In this document: positions 54,149 to 62,871 of the stretch, one piece after another
How positions within the stretch are numbered: the first letter of the stretch is position 1
Layout: each line of letters begins with the position of its first letter
Source of the DNA: Parcubacteria group bacterium GW2011_GWB1_42_6
Lineage (GTDB): Bacteria > Patescibacteriota > Minisyncoccia > Portnoybacterales > GWB1-42-6
Reading direction: 5' to 3'
DNA: 64,000 bases
Assembly: GCA_000997475.1 (NCBI GenBank)
Contig: LCEC01000001.1
Location: 375-64,374, forward strand
The notes under the pieces: model-generated
What the model was told of the DNA's origin: nothing
Database searches by the model: none
What the model saw: the letters and a program-made list of their open reading frames with translations, nothing else
Program-made: the position numbers and the translations under genes

Positions 54149-55078
54149 ATGCAAATTAATCTTCCGCAAAGCACGAAGCAAATAAAATCCGAGCATAACC
54201 GGGCAATTTTTGAAGTTGAAGGGCTTTATCCCGGATACGGAGTTACTTTGGGAAACGCTTTAAGAAGAGCGCTTCTTTCTTCTTTGAAAGGAGCTGCTAT
54301 CACCGGAGTTAAAATCAAAGGAGCGCAGCATGAATTTTCCGCGATTCCGGGCATTTCTGAAGATGTGATTGAAATTATTTTAAATTTGAGGCAAATTCGT
54401 TTTAAACTTCATTCCGACGAGCCGGTCAAATTAAATTTATCCGTTAAGGGAGAAAAAGAAGTCAAGGCTTCGGACATTCAAACAACTTCCGAAGTTGAGA
54501 TAATCAATCCTGAAGCGCGCATTGCCACTCTGAATGACAAGAAAGCGGAATTGGAAATGGAAATTGAAGTGGAAAGCGGCTTTGGTTTTGTTCCGGTGGA
54601 AATCAGGAGAAAAGAAAAACTCGAGATCGGTTTGATTGCCGTTGATGCCGTTTTCGCGCCGATTAAAAAAGTTAATTTTGAAGTTGAAAATATGCGCGTG
54701 GGAGACAGGACTGATTTTAATCGCTTGAGACTTGACATCGAAACTGATGGCAGCATTACTCCGCAGGACGCTTTTCACAAATCATGCGAGATTCTGGTCG
54801 CTCAATTCAATTCTTTGATCGGCGAAAAAAAGGAAGAAGAGGAAAGCGGCCAAAAGGAAGAAGAAGCGCAAGATTCGGGAAAAATAAAGATTGAAGATTT
54901 AAAGCTTTCCACCCGGACCGCCAACGCTTTGGCGGAAGCGGGAATAAAAACAGCGGGAGGCTTGGCCAAAAAGACCGAAGATTCTTTGAGGGAAATGGAA
55001 GGAATGGGAGAAAAAGGAATTACCGAAGTGAAGAAAGCTTTAAAGAAATTGGGATTGGGCTTAAAAGAAGAGGTGTAA
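54149..55078 (+). CDS. rpoA: DNA-directed RNA polymerase subunit alpha
   Basis: ..GYGVTLGNALRRALLSS.. and an alpha-CTD after the acidic linker. Confidence 0.9.
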   Translation: MQINLPQSTKQIKSEHNRAIFEVEGLYPGYGVTLGNALRRALLSSLKGAAITGVKIKGAQHEFSAIPGISEDVIEIILNLRQIRFKLHSDEPVKLNLSVKGEKEVKASDIQTTSEVEIINPEARIATLNDKKAELEMEIEVESGFGFVPVEIRRKEKLEIGLIAVDAVFAPIKKVNFEVENMRVGDRTDFNRLRLDIETDGSITPQDAFHKSCEILVAQFNSLIGEKKEEEESGQKEEEAQDSGKIKIEDLKLSTRTANALAEAGIKTAGGLAKKTEDSLREMEGMGEKGITEVKKALKKLGLGLKEEV

Positions 55079-55149
55079 TGCCAATCTGCGAATGACACGC
55101 AAATGCCGCAAATTTATTCGTATGCACGCAATTTGCATGCTATTCGCAG

Positions 55150-55184
55150 AATTTGAATAAAATTTGTAAATTGGAATTATATTT
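55150..55184 (+). promoter_or_regulatory. Conserved 34-nt module abutting the rplQ start codon
   Basis: atttgaataaaatttgtaaattggaattatattt immediately 5' of ATG; near-identical copy at 61467-61501. Confidence 0.5.
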
Positions 55185-55517
55185 ATGAGAAAATTCGGAA
55201 GAGAAACGGATCAGCGCCGGGCATTTATCAGAAGCTTGGCTTCCAATCTCGTTTTAAACGAAAAAATAAAGACCACCGAAGCTCGCGCAAAAGAATTGCG
55301 CTCTTTCGTGGAAAGAATTATAACCCAAACCAAAAGCGGAAATTTGGCCGGATTAAGATTGGCCAAAAAAGAACTTTCCGCGCCGGCTTTAAAAAAACTT
55401 TCAAAAGAAATAGCTCCTCGTTTTAAAGAAAAAAGGAGCGGCTATACCCGCATTACCAAACTTGGACGCAGAATGAGCGACAGCGCCAGCATGGCTTTTA
55501 TCGAGTTGATCAAATAA
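55185..55517 (+). CDS. rplQ: 50S ribosomal protein L17
   Basis: MRKFGRETDQRRAFIRSLASNLVLNEKIKTT. Confidence 0.9.
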   Translation: MRKFGRETDQRRAFIRSLASNLVLNEKIKTTEARAKELRSFVERIITQTKSGNLAGLRLAKKELSAPALKKLSKEIAPRFKEKRSGYTRITKLGRRMSDSASMAFIELIK

Positions 55518-55518
55518 T

Positions 55519-55887
55519 ATGAAAAAAGAAACATTGACTCACACAATTGACGCTTCGGGTAAAATTTTGGGAAGATTAGCGGTTGATATCGCCGTGTTTT
55601 TGCGAGGCAAACAAAAGGTTGCTTTTTTGCCCTATATTGAGCCAACTGATCAGGTTATTGTTTTTAATGCTGAAAAGATCAAGGTGACCGGCAAAAAAAT
55701 GGCCCAGAAGCTTTATCGAACTCACTCTCTTTATCCGGGCGGGCTAAAGGAAAAAAAACTCGAAGTGGCGTTTAAAAATAATCCTTCTTGGGTTTTGAAA
55801 GAAGCGGTTTACGGCATGTTGCCCAAAAACAGAACCCGCAATAAGATTATCAAAAATCTGAAAATTTATAACGGAGAAATCAAATAA
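55519..55887 (+). CDS. rplM: 50S ribosomal protein L13
   Basis: ..DASGKILGRLAVDIAVFLRGK.. Confidence 0.9.
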   Translation: MKKETLTHTIDASGKILGRLAVDIAVFLRGKQKVAFLPYIEPTDQVIVFNAEKIKVTGKKMAQKLYRTHSLYPGGLKEKKLEVAFKNNPSWVLKEAVYGMLPKNRTRNKIIKNLKIYNGEIK

Positions 55888-55907
55888 ATCAAAGAATAGA
55901 ATTTTTT

Positions 55908-56492
55908 ATGGAAAAGAAAACTACCAAAAAAACGGCCAAGCCGGCTGCCAAAAAGATTGCCAAGCCTCATCGCAAAGAAGAAAAAAAAGAGGAGATTATT
56001 GTCGCCCAGGCCGCGCCGGAAATAAACAAAGAGATAATCGCCGAATCGGCTGAAATTTCAGCGAGTGAAATCAAGGAAAAAAAAGCCAAGAAATATTATG
56101 AAGCGGTTGGCCGAAGAAAAAACGCCATTGCCCGCGTCAGACTTTCCACCATTAAACCTTTTGAAGGAGATGAAGGAAAAATAACGGTGAATGGAAAAGA
56201 TTACCGGGAATATTTTCCGGGGCTTAATCTCAAGCAAAATGTTGAATCTCCTTTGAGAAGATTAAAATCTCTTAATCGTTTTGAAGTGATCGCCAAAACC
56301 AACGGAGGCGGAATCAACGGCCAAGCCGAAGCGGTCCGCCACGGCATTTCAAGGACTTTGGTTGAATTCAACGCCGATTTTCGCAAGAAACTCAAGAAAG
56401 CCGGATTCTTGAAGCGCGATCCGAGAGTCAAAGAACGCCGCAAATTCGGCCTCAAGAAAGCCCGCCGAGCTCCGCAGTGGGCGAAAAGATAA
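55908..56492 (+). CDS. rpsI: 30S ribosomal protein S9 (Lys/Glu-rich N-terminal extension)
   Basis: ..YYEAVGRRKNAIARVRL...GGGINGQAEAVRHGISRTL...ARRAPQWAKR. Confidence 0.9.
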   Translation: MEKKTTKKTAKPAAKKIAKPHRKEEKKEEIIVAQAAPEINKEIIAESAEISASEIKEKKAKKYYEAVGRRKNAIARVRLSTIKPFEGDEGKITVNGKDYREYFPGLNLKQNVESPLRRLKSLNRFEVIAKTNGGGINGQAEAVRHGISRTLVEFNADFRKKLKKAGFLKRDPRVKERRKFGLKKARRAPQWAKR

Positions 56493-56541
56493 AATATATC
56501 TCGATCAAAAAAACTCTCTCGTTTGTCGAGGGAGTTTTTGA

Positions 56542-56922
56542 TTGACTTATAATCATTGGTATATTAATATAATTAACATTCAAATAATGGGCTGTTCTTG
56601 CAATTTTAACAAGGAGGAAAAGGTGGAAAGGAATGCAGAAAAACTGATTTGTCAGGTTGAGGCGAATGCGAGAAATGCCGCTTATGCGCTTTGTCTTCGC
56701 GTATTTGCCCTTATCACGGTCCTTATTGCTTTAGAGACTCGGATAAGAACATTGTATCGGCCATCAGATTTGTGGGTTTTATTATTTCTTTCGTTTTTAT
56801 ACATTGTTCTTTCTTTCAAACTCTCTTTTGATATAAAAAGGGAGAAAGAAGAAATAAACTCAAGGGAACTTGTAAAACACGCTTTGACTTACGATAGAGC
56901 AGGTTCGGATAATGAGATATAA
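56542..56922 (+). CDS. Hypothetical small membrane protein
   Basis: 126-aa ORF with TM segments; probable start MGCSC at 56587. Confidence 0.3.
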   Translation: MTYNHWYINIINIQIMGCSCNFNKEEKVERNAEKLICQVEANARNAAYALCLRVFALITVLIALETRIRTLYRPSDLWVLLFLSFLYIVLSFKLSFDIKREKEEINSRELVKHALTYDRAGSDNEI

Positions 56923-56956
56923 AAAAAATCCCCGAGAAAAACTCGGGGATTTTTAA
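56921..56956 (+). terminator. Rho-independent terminator
   Basis: A8, hairpin atccccgag/ctcggggat, then T5. Confidence 0.7.
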
Positions 56957-57050
56957 ATTCTTGACTTATTTACATAAGAGGATCAATAATTAGTTTAAGC
57001 GCGAGGTTTCGATCTCGCTTGCCCTCTCACAATCACACAAGGAGGAGACC

Positions 57051-57809
57051 ATGGCTTCGGTCGGGTCTAAAGAGAAGAAAAGCAGAGCAAGGGTGCTTCT
57101 CGATTTTGCTCTTGGGGAAAAGCGTGTTTCTCTGGGCGGATTGTCTTTTTCGGAATTTGATGTTTTTTTGGAAGAAGTTCTGAAAATTGTTGACTTGCGG
57201 GAGATACGCGGTTTCGTGCCGCTAAGAGATCTCCTGACGATTAAACCCGAGGCGGTTATTGGAAGGACAAGAATCCACACTCTCGACATTGAGCAACTTG
57301 GTGCGGCTTCGGAGTTGCGCTTTTCGGCATATGAGTTTGAAAAAAATCCGCCGGATTTGGATTCTCATGTGTTAAGAATTTCGCGCGGTTGGAATTTCCA
57401 CGATATTGTTTATAAAAGATACGAATCCGAAGAGGAAACTCAAGACCGGGAGACCGCTCAATCGTGGGGAAATTCGTCTTACCATGCTTCGGGAAAGGGG
57501 ACATTTTTGGTTGTTTGCCGGCCGCCCAATCACACCGGCGCGGAACAAAATTTGGCAATAATAGATTTTTTTTACAGAAAAGTTCCGCATAAGCCCAAGC
57601 ATGTTGTGCATAAAGTTCACGCGACTTTTCTTCCGATTGGGAAATTCAGGCATTATTTCGGCCAGTCTTATCCCAAGATGGCTTGGGAAATAATAAGTGA
57701 ATTAAGAACCGCTTGCTCTCGGACGGCCGCCGATCTGAGATCTCAAGCGACCGCCATGGAGAGGGACGAAACAAATCTGAAAAGAATCACAGAATCAACA
57801 ACCTCGTGA
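57051..57809 (+). CDS. Hypothetical protein (GC-richer, strong SD)
   Basis: 252-aa ORF preceded by AAGGAGGAG; no recognisable motifs. Confidence 0.35.
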   Translation: MASVGSKEKKSRARVLLDFALGEKRVSLGGLSFSEFDVFLEEVLKIVDLREIRGFVPLRDLLTIKPEAVIGRTRIHTLDIEQLGAASELRFSAYEFEKNPPDLDSHVLRISRGWNFHDIVYKRYESEEETQDRETAQSWGNSSYHASGKGTFLVVCRPPNHTGAEQNLAIIDFFYRKVPHKPKHVVHKVHATFLPIGKFRHYFGQSYPKMAWEIISELRTACSRTAADLRSQATAMERDETNLKRITESTTS

Positions 57810-57827
57810 TTTTTTGCAGAATAACAA

Positions 57828-57862
57828 TAAAGCCGGTTCAAAAAGAGCCGGCTTATTTTTAT
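57828..57862. terminator. Putative bidirectional terminator
   Basis: Hairpin agccgg/ccggct plus T-run. Confidence 0.5.
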
Positions 57863-57873
57863 TCTTTAAAAAA

Positions 57874-58899
57874 TCAAAAATTTTCCGAAAGATAATAGAA
57901 ATTTTCATTGCCAAAATCGTAATAAATTTGAGGGGATTTGGCGGTGATAAAATCGGCGATATTGCGGCGGTCGCGGCCGTCAAGCTCGATAATTTTTATT
58001 TTATTTTCAATCACAAAGCAAATATGATCGTTGTCCGGATAAAAAATCGCTTGTTCGATTTTTTGGGCAAAACGGGTGATCATTTCTTTCTCGCCCGGCT
58101 TCTTGTAGGGCTGGAGCATTATTTCTTCCGCGTATAGAACCCAAATTTCGCTTTCCGAAAAAAACAGCAATCTTTTGTTATCATTGGAAAATTCCGCGCC
58201 GATGATTCCCGAAGCGATTGATTCAAGAATTTTCATTTCATCGTTTAACAAAAACAGTTCCTTTTGGGGAGTAATGACAGCGAATTTGTTTCGGTCGTTG
58301 GACGCGATAATTTCATAAGAAGAATGTTCCGGCAGGGGATTTTTTGAAATTTGTTCTTTGAGGGAGCCGTTTAAATTTGATCTGTAGAGATTGCGGTTTT
58401 CTTCGGAAATATAAAAAATTTCGTTATCTTTCAAAATCCAGCCCGGGGTGCTGGACGCGGCATTTAAAGCTTGTCCTTGCTTTTTTTTATTGCCGGAATT
58501 TTCCAAAAAATCTTTTATTGTGGTGGTGGCATTTTGGCTTAAAAGTTCGGCTTGCGGATTGGTCGGTATAAGCAAAACGCTTCTTGCTTCAGTGACGAGC
58601 TTGGGAGAAATATTAAGATTTTTTTCCCAGGAATGATAACCTTCCATTTCTATTTTTACGTTATAGGCGCGCGGAGCCAGATGTGAAAAAAGAGAAGGAG
58701 TTCTTCTTTCTTTTTCTCCATCAATAAAGATTTGCGCCTGGTTGGGCGTTGATTTGATATAAAGCCCTCCGGTTTTGGCCAGCCGCCAATTTTTCCAGTC
58801 AAACGAATAACCCGCCGTGTAGAGAATCGTGGGCGGGACGCTTATGAGAAATATAAGCACAAACAGGTAAAAAATCAGCCGTCGTTTGTTTCTGGTCAT
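57874..58899 (-). CDS. Membrane-anchored PEGA-domain protein
   Basis: N-terminal TM, then a PEGA-like segment (TPNQAQIFIDGEKERRTPSLFSHLAPRAYNVKIEMEGYHSWEKNLNI); the ORF-track entry extends to 58935. Confidence 0.45.
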   Translation of the reverse strand: MTRNKRRLIFYLFVLIFLISVPPTILYTAGYSFDWKNWRLAKTGGLYIKSTPNQAQIFIDGEKERRTPSLFSHLAPRAYNVKIEMEGYHSWEKNLNISPKLVTEARSVLLIPTNPQAELLSQNATTTIKDFLENSGNKKKQGQALNAASSTPGWILKDNEIFYISEENRNLYRSNLNGSLKEQISKNPLPEHSSYEIIASNDRNKFAVITPQKELFLLNDEMKILESIASGIIGAEFSNDNKRLLFFSESEIWVLYAEEIMLQPYKKPGEKEMITRFAQKIEQAIFYPDNDHICFVIENKIKIIELDGRDRRNIADFITAKSPQIYYDFGNENFYYLSENF

Positions 58900-59002
58900 A
58901 GGTGAATTATAGCCATGAAACGGCTTAAAAATCAATGTTATATTTTCCTTGCCAGATGTGTTTCTTTAAACTAAGATAAAAGAAAGAGAGGTTGAAATTT
59001 TT

Positions 59003-60271
59003 ATGGATAAATTCATTATAAACGGCGGGCGTCCTCTTGCGGGCGAAATTGAGGTGCGAGGCTCCAAAAACGCGGCTACGCCGATTTTGGCCGCCTGTCT
59101 TTTAACCGAAGAGCCCTGCGAAATAGACAATTTGCCTTTGATCGAGGATGTGTTTAGAATTATAGAAATTCTTAAAAGCATGGGTGTCGAGATTGAATGG
59201 ACCGGCCAAAGAAAAATAAAAGTTCAAGCAAAAAACATTAATCCCGGGCAAATTGATCAGCATAAAGTTTGCCAATTGAGATCGTCGATTTTAATAATCG
59301 GCGGACTTTTGGGCAGATTCGATGATTTCAAAATCGGCCATCCCGGCGGCTGCATTATCGGGAGCCGGCCGGTGGAAACCCATTTTGAAGCTTTGATAAA
59401 ATTAGGCATTAATGTTTCGGAGGAAAACAATTTTTATCAAATAAAAAAGAACGATTCCCAAGATTCCGTTTCCAGAAAAATTGTTTTAAAAGAATTTTCC
59501 GTAACCGCGACGGAGAATGTTTTAATGGCCTCGGTTCTTAGACCCGGGAAAACTATTTTGCGTATCGCGGCGGCCGAACCGCATGTAAAAGAATTGGCCG
59601 TTTTTTTGAATAAAATGGGAGCAAGAATCAGCGGGGTCGGCGCTCATGAAATTGAAATTGAAGGAGTAAAAAAATTAAAAGGCGCCGATCATTTTATTAT
59701 GCCTGATCCGATTGAGGCGGGAACTTTTATTATCGCGGCGGCTGCCACGCGGGGAAAAGTAAGGATAATTAACGCGATTCCCGATCACCTCGATTCGGTT
59801 TTGGAGAAGTTGAGGGAAATGGGAGTTAATCTCTCGGTTGAAAATGGCAGCGTTTCAGTGGGCAGTTCTTCGCGTTTTAAGGCGGCTAAAATCCAGGCCT
59901 TGCCTTTTCCGGGAATTCCAACCGATTTGCAAGCGCCGATAGCTGTTCTTTGCACGCAAGCCGAGGGGACAAGTTTAATCCACGATCCTTTATATGAAGG
60001 TCGGTTTAAATACATAAATGAACTGGTAAAAATGGGAGCCAGCGCCACAATTCTTGATCCTCATCGGGCGGTAATCACCGGACCGTCTTTTTTGTCGGGA
60101 AAAGAAATTACCAGTTTTGATTTGCGAGCTGGCGCCACTTTGATCATCGCGGCGCTGGTAGCCAAAGGCGAATCGCGAATTTCCGAAATTTACCAAGTTG
60201 ACAGAGGGTATGAAAAAATAGAAGAAAGGCTTTCGGCTTTGGGAGCGGATATAAGAAGAGTAAAAGAATAA
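59003..60271 (+). CDS. murA: UDP-N-acetylglucosamine 1-carboxyvinyltransferase MurA
   Basis: MDKFIINGGRPLAGEIEVRGSKNAATPILAACLL.. two-domain EPT fold. Confidence 0.9.
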   Translation: MDKFIINGGRPLAGEIEVRGSKNAATPILAACLLTEEPCEIDNLPLIEDVFRIIEILKSMGVEIEWTGQRKIKVQAKNINPGQIDQHKVCQLRSSILIIGGLLGRFDDFKIGHPGGCIIGSRPVETHFEALIKLGINVSEENNFYQIKKNDSQDSVSRKIVLKEFSVTATENVLMASVLRPGKTILRIAAAEPHVKELAVFLNKMGARISGVGAHEIEIEGVKKLKGADHFIMPDPIEAGTFIIAAAATRGKVRIINAIPDHLDSVLEKLREMGVNLSVENGSVSVGSSSRFKAAKIQALPFPGIPTDLQAPIAVLCTQAEGTSLIHDPLYEGRFKYINELVKMGASATILDPHRAVITGPSFLSGKEITSFDLRAGATLIIAALVAKGESRISEIYQVDRGYEKIEERLSALGADIRRVKE

Positions 60272-60379
60272 AATTTCCAATTATCAATTTTCAATCAATA
60301 TCAAATATTTAATATTGAAAATTGCTTTGCCCTTTGAAACTCAAATTCCGATTTGAGCGAAGAAGGGGATTATTGAAAA

Positions 60380-61402
60380 TTGAAAATTAATAGCTTGTTT
60401 ATAAAAAAAATAGGAATTGACCTGGGAACGGCCAATACCCTGGTTTATGTGCCGGGAAAAGGCATTATCATCAACGAACCTACGGTAGTGGCTGTTTCCA
60501 TCAGCGACAATAAAATTCTGGCGGTAGGCAACGAAGCCAGAGAAATGCTCGGCCGCACACCCGATGCGATTATGGCTTTGCGTCCGATGAAAGACGGAGT
60601 GATTGCCGATTATCGGGTGACGGAAGCGATGCTTCGCTATTTTATAAATAAAACCGCCGGATCCCTGCGTTTTTTCAGGCCGGAAGTCATGGTGGCGGTT
60701 CCCGCGGGAATAACTTCAACTGAAAAGCGCGCGGTGGTGGATGCCACTCTTAATGCCGGCGCCAAAGCGGCTTATGTGGTTAAGGAGCCGGTTTTGGCCG
60801 CTATCGGGGCGGGGATTCCAATTAACGAACCGGCCGGGCATATGATTATTGATATCGGCGGGGGGACTTCGGAAGTGGCCGTGATTTCTTTGGGAGGAAT
60901 CGTGGCTTGCGCTTCGGCAAGAGTCGGCGGCAATAAAATCGATCAATCGATTGCCGAATATATCCGCAAAAAACATAATTTGGCCATTGGCGAAAGAATG
61001 GCCGAAGAAATAAAATTTACCATCGGCTCGGCTCTTCCGCAAAAAGACGAACAGAAAATGGACGTAAGAGGCAGGGATTTAATAGCCGGCTTGCCAAAAA
61101 CGATTGAAATAAAAAGCAACGAAGTCACAGAAGCGATTTCCGAAAATCTGCGCGAGGTGATCGTGGCGATAAAAAGCGTTTTGCAAAATACTCCTCCCGA
61201 ACTTTCGGCGGATATTATCGATCGGGGAATGATTATTTCCGGAGGCGGGGCATTGTTGCGGAATATGCCGGAGCTTATTGAAAAAGCTACCGGTGTTGCT
61301 TGTTACGCGGCCGAAAATCCGCTTTTTTGCGTGGCCAAGGGCGCGGGAATAGCCCTGGAGCATTTGGAAATTTATAAGAGAAGCGTGATGTCGAAGAAAT
61401 AG
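60380..61402 (+). CDS. mreB: Rod shape-determining protein MreB
   Basis: GIDLGTANTLVYV.. actin-like ATPase motifs; TTG or alternative start. Confidence 0.85.
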   Translation: MKINSLFIKKIGIDLGTANTLVYVPGKGIIINEPTVVAVSISDNKILAVGNEAREMLGRTPDAIMALRPMKDGVIADYRVTEAMLRYFINKTAGSLRFFRPEVMVAVPAGITSTEKRAVVDATLNAGAKAAYVVKEPVLAAIGAGIPINEPAGHMIIDIGGGTSEVAVISLGGIVACASARVGGNKIDQSIAEYIRKKHNLAIGERMAEEIKFTIGSALPQKDEQKMDVRGRDLIAGLPKTIEIKSNEVTEAISENLREVIVAIKSVLQNTPPELSADIIDRGMIISGGGALLRNMPELIEKATGVACYAAENPLFCVAKGAGIALEHLEIYKRSVMSKK

Positions 61403-61466
61403 TATGCGAATCGCGCAAATTCATGCGAATTGCGCACATGCGAATAAAATGCGAATCCCATTCGAG

Positions 61467-61501
61467 GCATTTGAATAAAATTCGTAGATTGGAATTATAT
61501 T
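61467..61501 (+). promoter_or_regulatory. Conserved 34-nt module abutting the GT4 start codon (copy of 55150-55184)
   Basis: atttgaataaaattcgtagattggaattatatt immediately 5' of ATG. Confidence 0.5.
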
Positions 61502-62605
61502 ATGACTATTGGCATTAACGCCTCGGCGGCTGTCAAAAAGAATAGAACCGGAGTGGAAGAATACGCTTATCAGCTCATAAAGCATTTGGCGATGATTCCC
61601 GAGTCCCAAAAGCATCGTTTTTTTCTATATTTGCCATCCGCAGTTTTAGCAAAGGAAGGTTTGCCCGACAATGTTTTTGATTTTTCTTTCCCTGAAAATT
61701 TTATAATAAAAAAACTTTGGTGGCCGCTGCCTTTCTTCTGGACGCAAATAAGATTGTCTCTGGAAATGATTTTTTTTGCGCCGGACGTTCTTTTCATCCC
61801 CGTTCATATTTTGCCTTTCATTCATCCAAAAAAATCCATTGTTTGTGTTCACGGCCTTGAATATGAATATCTGCGCGGATTCTATTCTTTTTCCCATCGT
61901 TTGTTTTTGCGTTGGAGCACCAAATTTTCCGCCGCGAAATCTTTCCGGATAATCGCGGTTTCTCAAAATACCAAGAACGATTTGGCAAAAATATATAAGA
62001 CAGATACTGATAAAATAAAAGTGGTAAAACACGGGATTTCCTTTCCCCCTTTAGAAAGGGGGATTAAGGGGGATTTTTTAAGGAAGAAAGAAAAATATAT
62101 TTTATATCTAGGCCGCATCGAAACCAAGAAGAATATCCAAGGAATTATTGAAGCGTATGAAATTCTGAATAACAAATATAGCATTCACCACAAGCTTGTT
62201 TTAGCCGGTTCAAAAGGATACGGCCATAAGAATTTAAAAATACCGAGCGATGTGATTCAGACCGGATTCGTGAGCCAAGAAAAAAAAGAAGTCTTGATGA
62301 ACAACGCCGCAATATTTCTATTTCCCTGTTTTTACGAGGGTTTTGGTTTGCCGATTCTTGAAGCTCAAGCGGCGGGAATTCCCGTCGTGACTTCTTATAA
62401 TTCTTCAATGCCGGAAGTGGCCGGGGAAGGGGCTTTATTTGTTGATCCGCGCAATCCGGCTCAAATCGCCCGGGCCGTTAAAAAAATAATTGACGACAAT
62501 CTCTTGCGTGATAAACTGATACAATCGGGATTTGAGAACATAAAAAAATTTTCTTGGGAAAAATGCGCTCGGGAAACGCTGGATTTTTTAAGCAGCTTGG
62601 AATAG
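61502..62605 (+). CDS. Glycosyltransferase family 4 (GT-B)
   Basis: C-terminal EGFGLPILEAQAAGIPVVT sugar-donor-binding motif. Confidence 0.75.
   Translation: MTIGINASAAVKKNRTGVEEYAYQLIKHLAMIPESQKHRFFLYLPSAVLAKEGLPDNVFDFSFPENFIIKKLWWPLPFFWTQIRLSLEMIFFAPDVLFIPVHILPFIHPKKSIVCVHGLEYEYLRGFYSFSHRLFLRWSTKFSAAKSFRIIAVSQNTKNDLAKIYKTDTDKIKVVKHGISFPPLERGIKGDFLRKKEKYILYLGRIETKKNIQGIIEAYEILNNKYSIHHKLVLAGSKGYGHKNLKIPSDVIQTGFVSQEKKEVLMNNAAIFLFPCFYEGFGLPILEAQAAGIPVVTSYNSSMPEVAGEGALFVDPRNPAQIARAVKKIIDDNLLRDKLIQSGFENIKKFSWEKCARETLDFLSSLE
62041..62075. repeat. In-frame GC-rich palindromic insertion within the GT4 gene
   Basis: ctttccccctttagaaagggggattaagggggat encodes SFPPLERGIKGD. Confidence 0.55.
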
Positions 62606-62616
62606 GAGGATGAGCT

Positions 62617-62799
62617 ATGGAAGAGAAGCAAATAATATCTCCCCATGACGCCGCGGGAAGATGCGAAAAATGTTCCAAAGTAATTTTTGGATGTTGCTCC
62701 GAAGGATTTGCTCTGTGTCCGGATTGCGGCGAACCGGTCAAGCTTGATCCGATAAAGCATCGCGGACCGTGCGGAGGTTCTTTGGAGAAAATCCACTGA
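62617..62799 (+). CDS. Small Cys-rich zinc-ribbon protein
   Basis: 60 aa with CEKC..CC..CPDCG..C pattern. Confidence 0.35.
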   Translation: MEEKQIISPHDAAGRCEKCSKVIFGCCSEGFALCPDCGEPVKLDPIKHRGPCGGSLEKIH

Positions 62800-62804
62800 C
62801 AAGT

Positions 62805-62838
62805 CAAAAAAGGAGCGGAGAATCCGCTCCTTTATTAT
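62805..62838 (+). terminator. Rho-independent terminator
   Basis: Hairpin aggagcgga/tccgctcct plus T-rich tail. Confidence 0.6.
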
Positions 62839-62871
62839 TATAATCGATTAATTTTAAAAAATAATTTGCCC

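Noticed and set aside
56980-57010. tRNA-like T-arm (gcgaggtttcgatctcgc)
   Set aside because: It is only a single 5-bp hairpin. No acceptor, D or anticodon arms can be built around it. No tRNA or rRNA gene could be supported anywhere in the window.
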